From Candidatus Omnitrophota bacterium (lineage in GTDB: Bacteria > Omnitrophota > Gorgyraeia > Zapsychrales > JANLHA01): a DNA stretch of 64,000 nucleotides. Under the pieces are notes generated by a model. It ran no database searches and was not told the DNA's origin. It saw nothing but the letters and a program-made list of their open reading frames with translations. The position numbers were made by a program, and so were the translations under genes. Positions 57,060-64,000 of this stretch are shown here, piece after piece; position 1 is the first letter of the stretch; each line of letters opens with the position of its first letter. Location of the stretch: positions 1,754,662-1,818,661 of the forward strand of contig OY759724.1 in NCBI GenBank assembly GCA_963662715.1, written 5' to 3'.

Positions 57060-58634
57060 ATGGTTTTTACAAAAGAAAAGATTTTTGTTTGTTTTTTAAG
57101 CATTTCTCTGTTGTGTTTCCGTCTCCCCGGACTTTTCGCAGAAGAGGAGGCTCCCGCAGAGAAAATGCCTGCCGAACTGATGTTGGAGAACGCTATTGTT
57201 GATTTAAAGCAGACCATGAAAGACGCTATCCGGAAGAATGAAGAGATTGAACAAAGAAATGGTGTGTTGCGTCAGGAGATTCTGAAGTATAAGGAGGACT
57301 TGCTCGAGCTGGAGAAGGAGAAAGACCAGTTCCTGGATGAACAGAGAATCCTGCAGGAAGCTTTGAGATTGCAGGAAGAGAAAAAGGACCTGTTGCTGAA
57401 AAAAACGGCGTCTCTGGCGGAAGAACAGAAATACCGGGCTGAAAAACAGGGGGATATGCAAAAGGAAATAGAGATTTTTATTAAAAAGCAGGATGCCTAT
57501 CAGAAAGAAGCGGTTTTATTGGAGAACGAGGTGGATTTTTTTCGGAAGCAAGCCCGGAAAAAGGACCTGCAGGCTTTTTTGCGGGATAAGGATAGCAAAA
57601 GAAAAGAATTGGAAGAGCAAATAGCAGAAAAGGAAGAAAGTTTCAGGAAAAGAAAAGAGGATTTTCAGCGGGCGAAACAAAACATTGCTGAAGCATGCGA
57701 TAAGAGAGACCGCCTTGAATCGGAAAAGGCAGAGAGGCAGCAGGCCATGGCTGAATTACATAATCAACGGGATAGTCTCGTGCGGGAGAAGGATGTTCTA
57801 GAAAAGCAGCGGGCGTCTTTTCAGACTAAAGAAGAAGCCCAGTTGCAGGCCTTTCAGGAAGACCTGGCCCGTCTGCGGTCCTATAAAGAACAATTGGAAA
57901 ATGGTATTAACGATATGAAGGAAGCCCGGGAGCAGATAAAATATTCCTTTTCCCTGCAGGAAAAACAGTTCTCTGCTTTCAAAAAGTCGTTCGTTCAAGA
58001 GGCCGCTTTGCTGCAGAGGCAAAAAAGAGAATTGGAGAGTCTTGTCGCGTTGCAGAAAGCCATCTGCGATTTCTTACCCGAGGACAAGGCTTCGGACAGA
58101 GATATTTCCCTTGTCCGGGAATCTCTTCAGGATGAGATTCATAATACAAAGCTGGCCATTAAGAAGGCGCATATTTTTATTAGGGATTATCAAAAGCAGG
58201 AAAAAAAGCTTGTCCATGAAATCGCCCGCTTAGAAGCCAAGAAGAAACAGGTGGAGCGCCAGGCGTCAGAATCATCCGAGTCGGCCGAAGACATCAAAGA
58301 AGAGCTGACCCGTTTATTATCCGACGTTGAATTTGAAGATGATGTTCCGGCCGAGGCTCCGGCAGCGGCCCGTGACGATAAAAGTCCTAAACCGCGTTCT
58401 GAGACAGACCGGACCGTAGAACGGGAAATTGAAGCTATGCAGTTAAGAGAGGCTGTTTTGTCGAATTCTTTGTCAATAATTCAGACACGTTATGAACAGG
58501 AAAAAGCGGTTGTCGATGATTTTCACAAGGAAGAAAAAGAACTTAAGGAATATTGGCAGGTTCTGCAGCAGGAGAATCGGGCCCTCCAGGAAAAAGTTTC
58601 CGGGCTTATTCAAGCCGTCGAAGCCGGCGAGTAG
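57060..58634 (+). CDS. long coiled-coil protein with N-terminal signal/TM
   Basis: 524 aa with E/K/Q-rich heptads. No enzymatic motif. Confidence 0.4.
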   Translation: MVFTKEKIFVCFLSISLLCFRLPGLFAEEEAPAEKMPAELMLENAIVDLKQTMKDAIRKNEEIEQRNGVLRQEILKYKEDLLELEKEKDQFLDEQRILQEALRLQEEKKDLLLKKTASLAEEQKYRAEKQGDMQKEIEIFIKKQDAYQKEAVLLENEVDFFRKQARKKDLQAFLRDKDSKRKELEEQIAEKEESFRKRKEDFQRAKQNIAEACDKRDRLESEKAERQQAMAELHNQRDSLVREKDVLEKQRASFQTKEEAQLQAFQEDLARLRSYKEQLENGINDMKEAREQIKYSFSLQEKQFSAFKKSFVQEAALLQRQKRELESLVALQKAICDFLPEDKASDRDISLVRESLQDEIHNTKLAIKKAHIFIRDYQKQEKKLVHEIARLEAKKKQVERQASESSESAEDIKEELTRLLSDVEFEDDVPAEAPAAARDDKSPKPRSETDRTVEREIEAMQLREAVLSNSLSIIQTRYEQEKAVVDDFHKEEKELKEYWQVLQQENRALQEKVSGLIQAVEAGE

Positions 58635-59092
58635 TATAACTTATTTAATATTAAGTAGTAGCCGGGGGCAATGGCAGGAAATTTTCCCGGCCTTGACAAG
58701 GCCGTTTTGAGGATAGTATACTTTCAGTAGGTTTAGACAATTTGGAGATGTCAAAGGTAAACCATTCGTAAGGATGGGACACAAAGCTAGAGGGCCCTAC
58801 CAGAGGGAGAGATATCCCCGGAGGGCAGCCAGTTGCCATCAGAAGGTTGTATTTACAAGGCAAAAACGATAATCTGTCCATCTTACGAAGGACAGATTTT
58901 TTTTTGGAATTGAATTGACAGTTAGAGGAACTATGTTAGCATGGAACTAAAGAAAAAGCCGACCTGTAAGCTAAGACAATGCCTCAGAGCAAGTTATGTG
59001 AACCGTCATTATTCGTATTTTTTGCTTTTGTTCTGTCAGGGTTGTTGATGGCTTGCGTGGTTAATCCGGGCTTGTGAAAGGAGGGAAAGAAA

Positions 59093-59485
59093 ATGAATAA
59101 GAAAGGTTTTACGCTCGTTGAAATCATGATCGTCGTCGCCATCATCGCCTTACTGGCAGCCATCGCTATTCCTAACTTGCTAAGAGCCAAGATCTCTGCT
59201 AATGATGCGTTGGCAAAGAGTACATTGCGTTCGCTGTCAACAGCTTCCGAGACCTTCGCCACGGCAAATACGGGTAATTATCCTGTTGACATTACGTCTT
59301 TGACCGGCGCTACGCCGCCGTATATCAACACGGAATATTGTGCAACCACAGTGTCCGGTTTTAATTACTCCTGTACTTTTGACGCCAGTGGTGGACACTA
59401 TACGTATACTGCAACTCCGGTAACTGTTGGAACATCAGGGACAACGACTTACACGATTACAACGGGAGGTATTTTAACTCCGTAG
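59093..59485 (+). CDS. pilA: type IV pilin (N-terminal methylation motif)
   Basis: Prepilin leader plus KGFTLVEIMIVVAIIALLAAIAIPN. Thr/Gly-rich C-terminus. Confidence 0.8.
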   Translation: MNKKGFTLVEIMIVVAIIALLAAIAIPNLLRAKISANDALAKSTLRSLSTASETFATANTGNYPVDITSLTGATPPYINTEYCATTVSGFNYSCTFDASGGHYTYTATPVTVGTSGTTTYTITTGGILTP

Positions 59486-59513
59486 TTTTAGACAGCATGT
59501 GCGAAACAGCTTC

Positions 59514-59546
59514 TAGGGGGGGCCAGCATGGCCCCCCCTATTTTTT
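59514..59546 (+). terminator. rho-independent terminator after the pilin gene
   Basis: ggggggGCCagcatGGCccccc stem followed by tatttttt. Confidence 0.7.
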
Positions 59547-60043
59547 GGAATCAATTGATGAGTAAGGGTTTAGGGGATATAAAGATTTGCTGTATGTTAA
59601 AAAAATTTTTTAACCAAAACACTGGGCTTTCAATTAAAAGGTGCTATAATGCACCGATTAAGGAGGAAATATGAGGCCTCCCCCATTAAATACAGTTATT
59701 ATTATTATACTTATACTCGGATTTATTGCCTTTGCCCGGTATCTTGTGATTGTTAACCAGGATATCCAGCAGCAAATCACTCTGGTCGGTCATACAGCGA
59801 GGTAAGACAGCAAGCGGGGGGCGTTGTCCTTAGTTCTTTTGCTTCCTAATGTTGAGATGCTGGTGGCGCATGTTTGATAGCTCAGGGCGGCAAGGTGAAT
59901 TCCTAAAGAGATGATTGAAAAAAAAGCATATTGGGCTTTTAAATGGGGTATAGTTTTTGTTACAATAGGGAATGTCTTAATTACTAGAAATAAATACTTT
60001 ATAAGATTCTTCACTTTAACCGGATGTAAAAAGGTATTTCAAT

Positions 60044-61096
60044 ATGGCAGGTTTTCTTAAGCGTGTTATCCCGGAGCGGGCGGCAGTTCCGATGCTTGGT
60101 TTAGATATCGGGACCTATGCCTGCAAGGGCGTTAAAATGAAAAAAACGGGTTCCGGGTATACCTTATTAGACTGGGCCGTCGTTCCTGTAGAGGCGGGGG
60201 ATCAGAAGAAAGCTATAAAACAGATAGTGCAAAAAATGTCAGCTGACCATATGGCTCCTTTAACGGCTGTCAACGGGAAAGGGACTCTTATCCGTTATAT
60301 TGAACTGCCCCGTATGCCGCTGGCTGACTTGAAAAAATGTTTCGCCATAGAAGCTGATAAGTATTTTCCGTTTCCTTTAGACCGTATTTACACCGATTGC
60401 CATATTCTGGACACCACCCTGAAAGACAATAAAATGCTGGTCTTGGTCGCGGCATCCAAGAAAGAAATTGTTGATGACCGGGTGTCCCTGTTAACGGAAT
60501 TAGGGTATCATCCTGATTTTATTTCACTTAATGCCGTAGCCATTTCTAACATTATTAATGTCCTGAACCCTAAGATGGATGAAAGTCCGGAAAAAACCGC
60601 AGACTCTGCCAATCACGCGGCTGTCGCTATTCTGGATATCGGCGAGGTGGTCAGCAACTTAACGATTATGGCGCAGGGCATGCCTCTTTTCACCCGTGAT
60701 GTCTTTATCGGAGGGCGGGATTTTACGAAAGCTTTAACAAATTCTTTAAGCCTGCGTTACGAAGAAGCAGAAAAACTTAAAGGGAATCCGGAGAAACAAC
60801 TTGGGAAAGTCTTGGATGCCTGTGAATCTGTTATCATTAACCTGGTGTCGGAATTGAGATTGTCGTTTGATTATTTCATGACGGAAAAGAATATCGGTAT
60901 TACCTATTTGCTGCTTACCGGAGGGACATCCAAACTCGAAGGGATGGATAATATCATTGCCAAGAATTTGGATATTAAAGTCTCCCGGTGGAACCCCTTT
61001 CCCTGGGTGACCCTGGGAGAGAAGATCCAGGCGGAAGAGATTGAAGGCCAGGCGCCGTTTTTGGCTGTCGCCCTGGGATTGGCCTTGTATTCTTGA
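60044..61096 (+). CDS. pilM: type IV pilus assembly protein PilM (actin-like ATPase fold)
   Basis: LGLDIGTYACKGV start. Order pilMNOPQ. Confidence 0.75.
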   Translation: MAGFLKRVIPERAAVPMLGLDIGTYACKGVKMKKTGSGYTLLDWAVVPVEAGDQKKAIKQIVQKMSADHMAPLTAVNGKGTLIRYIELPRMPLADLKKCFAIEADKYFPFPLDRIYTDCHILDTTLKDNKMLVLVAASKKEIVDDRVSLLTELGYHPDFISLNAVAISNIINVLNPKMDESPEKTADSANHAAVAILDIGEVVSNLTIMAQGMPLFTRDVFIGGRDFTKALTNSLSLRYEEAEKLKGNPEKQLGKVLDACESVIINLVSELRLSFDYFMTEKNIGITYLLLTGGTSKLEGMDNIIAKNLDIKVSRWNPFPWVTLGEKIQAEEIEGQAPFLAVALGLALYS

Positions 61097-61138
61097 CGCG
61101 GCCCGAGGCGGTAGGCATAACAAAAAGAATATTATAAA

Positions 61139-61723
61139 ATGATTGAAATAAATTTAGTACCACCGCAGTTTAAAAAGAAAAAGAAAAGCCGCCAAGTCAG
61201 CGAGTCGGCATCGAGCCCTTCTAAGAATAATATCATTGGGTTTGCCAGCCTTTTTATCGTTTTTCTGGCTATTGTCGCCGGAGCCTTGCAATTTATCATT
61301 TCGCAGAAATTAGCCCAGCGGAAAAAGTTGATGTCAGAACTGGCAGAATTGGTCCCGCAGAAGATAAATACCGACAGATATGTCGGACAGATCAAGGATA
61401 TTAATAAAAGATTAGAGCCGCTGGAAGAGATCCTGGGACAGAAGGATATTATGTGGTCGAAAAAATTGCATGCTGTCAGTGAAAGCTTGCCTCGGGGTGT
61501 ATGGCTGACCAAAATGCATCTGGACGAGGATGTTTTGCTTATTAACGGCAGTGCGGTATCGAAAGTCCAGACCGAAATGATCAGCGTGCATAGTTTTAAT
61601 ACAAGCTTAAAAAATAATGAGGATTTTATGGCGGATTTCAAGGAAATCGAACTCGAATATATCAAAAGCAGAACGATTAACGGAACCCCTGTCGCGGACT
61701 TCACGATCAGGGTTGATTTGTAG
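61139..61723 (+). CDS. pilN: type IV pilus assembly protein PilN
   Basis: IEINLVPP start. Single TM. Positional. Confidence 0.6.
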   Translation: MIEINLVPPQFKKKKKSRQVSESASSPSKNNIIGFASLFIVFLAIVAGALQFIISQKLAQRKKLMSELAELVPQKINTDRYVGQIKDINKRLEPLEEILGQKDIMWSKKLHAVSESLPRGVWLTKMHLDEDVLLINGSAVSKVQTEMISVHSFNTSLKNNEDFMADFKEIELEYIKSRTINGTPVADFTIRVDL

Positions 61724-61748
61724 CCTCCGGGCAGAAAGAGGTTGATCC

Positions 61749-62354
61749 ATGGGTGGCATGACAGGACAGATGGGATCAGTTGTTAATAAGATGAACGAAA
61801 AGAATCCCTTTATGGTGATTGCGGGGGTCTTTACCGTGATCCTTGTTGTTTTTTATCTGTTCCCCCTGCAGTTTCAGATCAAGACGCTGCAGACCGTCAA
61901 CCCTAAAATCGAGGAACTCACAAATGACGTCACGGAGACGAAGAATAATATTCTTCGTGTCAATCAGTATAAGAAGGAAGTCGCTAATCTGGAAAGCAAA
62001 TACGAAAATTTGCAGCGAAGAATTAAGCAAAAGGAAGACATCCCGTTTTTATTGGAAAATATCTCCAGAATTGCGGATAAACACGGCGTGAGGATTGAAC
62101 AAATTATGCCGCAAACAGCGATTGATGAACCTCTCCTGGAAAATGATGAGGGAAAATATTTCTCCATACCGATCATCATTGAGGCGCAAAGCGGTTTCCA
62201 TAATTTTGGTATGTTTCTTAATCAGCTGGAACGGGAGGGGGTTTTTTTGCGGCTGACGGATTATTCGATTCAGACGGGTATCGATGACCCTCATCTGTGT
62301 TTGATTAACTTGTCCATTGAACTCGTTGTCTTTGAAGATGGGGGCAAGGGATGA
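61749..62354 (+). CDS. pilO: type IV pilus assembly protein PilO
   Basis: TM plus coiled coil plus ferredoxin-like C-terminus. Positional. Confidence 0.55.
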   Translation: MGGMTGQMGSVVNKMNEKNPFMVIAGVFTVILVVFYLFPLQFQIKTLQTVNPKIEELTNDVTETKNNILRVNQYKKEVANLESKYENLQRRIKQKEDIPFLLENISRIADKHGVRIEQIMPQTAIDEPLLENDEGKYFSIPIIIEAQSGFHNFGMFLNQLEREGVFLRLTDYSIQTGIDDPHLCLINLSIELVVFEDGGKG

Positions 62355-62734
62355 AAACTATGACGATCATGCGGGTTTTTATCTGTACTTTGATTCTCTG
62401 GGGCTACCGGGGGCCTGGGCTTCAAGCCGAAGAGGCTATGGAAGAGGAGCCGGAGTTTATTTATGCCCCTAATGACAAAAGGGACCCTTTTTGGCCTTTG
62501 GTCAATTCCAAGGGGATGATTATCAGCTTTGAAAAAGATTTGCTGGTAACGGATTTGATGCTGGAAGGAATATTTGTCGGTGAGGCAGGGAAGAACGTGG
62601 CTATCATTAACGGAAAAATTCTGCAGAAAAACGAATCAATCGGTGTATTCACCGTTAAAGATATAAAGGAAAATCGGGTAACATTACAAAAAGGTCAAGA
62701 ACGAGTCATACTAAAACTCAAAAAGGAGGATTGA
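62351..62734 (+). CDS. PilP-like pilus assembly lipoprotein/secreted protein
   Basis: Small beta-rich protein between pilO and the secretin. Confidence 0.4.
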   Translation: MKTMTIMRVFICTLILWGYRGPGLQAEEAMEEEPEFIYAPNDKRDPFWPLVNSKGMIISFEKDLLVTDLMLEGIFVGEAGKNVAIINGKILQKNESIGVFTVKDIKENRVTLQKGQERVILKLKKED

Positions 62735-62735
62735 C

Positions 62736-64000
62736 ATGTTTAGGAAATGGGTAACACTGGTTATTTTTTTGGCCTTGATGATGACTCCTGCCTATGCACA
62801 AGAAAGCACCACGGCTGGTCAGCCTGGCTCGCAAGATAGTTTGTCTTTCTCCGACGAAGGGCATGTGAGCCTGGATTTTAGGGATGCAGATATCCAGAAC
62901 GTGTTGCGTATCCTTTCTTATAAGAGTGGAGTCAACATCGTGGCAGGTCCGGAAGTGACAGGATTAATCACGATCAAACTGCAGGATGTCCCTTGGCAGA
63001 AAGCCTTGCAGGTTGTTTTGGAAACCTACGGCTATGCCTATGAACAGCGGGGCAATATTATCACGGTCACAACGATTGAGAATCTTAAGAAAAGGCGGGA
63101 GGACGCGAAAGCATTGGCTGAGCAGGAACCGTTAATCACGAAAACGTTTGTTCTGAATTATGCGAAAGCCACGGAAGTCATCGGCTCTGTTGCCAAGATG
63201 AAGACGGACCGGGGCAGCGTTAATCATGATGAGCGGACCAACGCCATTATTGTGCGGGATATCCCGGAGAACCTTGAGTTGATCGCAGAAGTGATTTCAA
63301 AACTGGATGAGACAACACCCCAGGTGCTGATCGAGGCCAAAATTGTTGAGACAACATTGAGCAACAGCGATAAATTAGGTATTGACTGGGTCGCCCAGGC
63401 TTCCATTACCGGGTCGGCCCGGCCGCATATCTGGCCTTTTTCAAACTCGACGGAAAATAAATATATGAAGGATGATAATTTCCCGTCAGCTTCCGAATCC
63501 GACTTCACCTTCGGGACTTTGAGTTTCGCCGAGGCGCAGGCGGTTTTTGAAGTGTTGTCATCTCGTTCTGATACGAATATTCTGTCAAACCCGCGTATCG
63601 TAACGCTGGATAACAAAACAGCAAAAATCACCGTGGGGAGCCAGTATCCGATCCCGGAGTACAACTACAATGAGGAACAGGCCACATTGCAGGTCAGCGG
63701 CTGGGAGTATAAAGACATCGGTATTATTTTTGAAGTTACGCCGCATGTGAATAACACCGGCCATGTGACCCTGGATATTAATCCGAAGATTACGGCCATC
63801 CTGGATTATGTCACGGTAGAAAACACGTCGCTTCCTCAATTGAGTGCCGAAGAGGCTCAGACGAGTGTTATGATAAAAGACGGTGAGACTCTTGTTATCG
63901 CGGGCTTGATCAAAGACCAGGTCTCCGACGTCGTAAGGAAAATCCCGTTATTAGGAGATATCCCGCTTCTGGGACAACTGTTTCGTAAAAACGAAAAGAC
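62736..64000 (+). CDS. pilQ: type IV pilus secretin PilQ, 3'-partial (runs off window end)
   Basis: Signal peptide. N0/STN-like region. Secretin domain (NPRIVTLDNKTAKITVG...IPLLGDIPLLGQLFR). Confidence 0.8.
   Translation, partial: MFRKWVTLVIFLALMMTPAYAQESTTAGQPGSQDSLSFSDEGHVSLDFRDADIQNVLRILSYKSGVNIVAGPEVTGLITIKLQDVPWQKALQVVLETYGYAYEQRGNIITVTTIENLKKRREDAKALAEQEPLITKTFVLNYAKATEVIGSVAKMKTDRGSVNHDERTNAIIVRDIPENLELIAEVISKLDETTPQVLIEAKIVETTLSNSDKLGIDWVAQASITGSARPHIWPFSNSTENKYMKDDNFPSASESDFTFGTLSFAEAQAVFEVLSSRSDTNILSNPRIVTLDNKTAKITVGSQYPIPEYNYNEEQATLQVSGWEYKDIGIIFEVTPHVNNTGHVTLDINPKITAILDYVTVENTSLPQLSAEEAQTSVMIKDGETLVIAGLIKDQVSDVVRKIPLLGDIPLLGQLFRKNEK

Noticed and set aside
59000-59092. Sigma-54 promoter upstream of the pilin gene
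   Set aside because: TGGC and TTGC motifs occur (tggcttgcgtgg) but are not in the GG-N10-GC spacing. There is no supportable call.
1-64000. Searched for an integron integrase (IntI-type tyrosine recombinase) on both strands
   Set aside because: No ORF with tyrosine-recombinase motifs (R..H..R..Y, IntI additional domain) is present. Cassette orientation predicts it lies upstream of the window.

Overview
The window appears to come from an unidentified, probably uncultivated bacterium with a backbone of roughly 50% GC. It has three parts.

(1) Positions ~1-16150 are the distal part of a large sedentary-type integron cassette array. About 20 AT-rich, co-directional (+) small ORFs are each followed by a 60-95 bp imperfect-palindromic attC site. 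Each site begins with an inverse core of type RYYYAAC, often overlapping the TAA stop, and ends with a GTTRRRY-type core. The sites fall into a few closely related sequence families. No integron integrase is present in the window; from the cassette orientation it is expected upstream of position 1. Two identical copies of an IS110-family element (IS1111-attC-like, with a DEDD transposase on the - strand) sit at exactly the same position in two attC sites. The second copy is itself split by an IS3-family element, and that element carries a second copy of itself at its orfA/orfB junction with 4-bp target duplications. This gives four levels of nesting: IS3 in IS3 in IS110 in attC. Cassette cargo includes a VapB/PIN toxin-antitoxin pair, a GNAT acetyltransferase, a P-loop NTPase, a nucleotidyltransferase-fold protein, a PNPOx-like protein, a CX5R phosphatase lipoprotein, a Sel1-repeat lipoprotein, two paralogous STAS-like proteins, and zinc-ribbon, membrane and secreted hypotheticals.

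(2) Positions ~16.1-35 kb are a GC-richer accessory-like stretch. It encodes a membrane SGNH hydrolase and an HExxH metallopeptidase-like protein directly upstream of a 279-aa protein whose motifs resemble the gasdermin pore-forming N-domain. I treat this pair as a candidate, unverified bacterial gasdermin pair with a novel protease partner. The stretch also encodes a bacteriohemerythrin with a GTG start, a cupin, an extra LspA paralog, a translationally coupled S1 protease and FHA membrane protein, a CPBP intramembrane protease, a GT-C-like membrane protein, methyltransferases, a DUF4339 protein and an EEP nuclease/phosphatase.

(3) Positions ~35-64 kb are core chromosome. The genes are yggS, proC, mtnP, ileS, dksA/traR, lspA, lgt, rluD, aroA, mreBCD-mrdA-rodA, and a type IV pilus locus. 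The pilus locus has a standalone GspE-N domain gene, two tandem PilB/GspE ATPases, pilC, a coiled-coil protein, a pilin, and pilMNOP with a partial pilQ.

No rRNA, tRNA or CRISPR was recognised.
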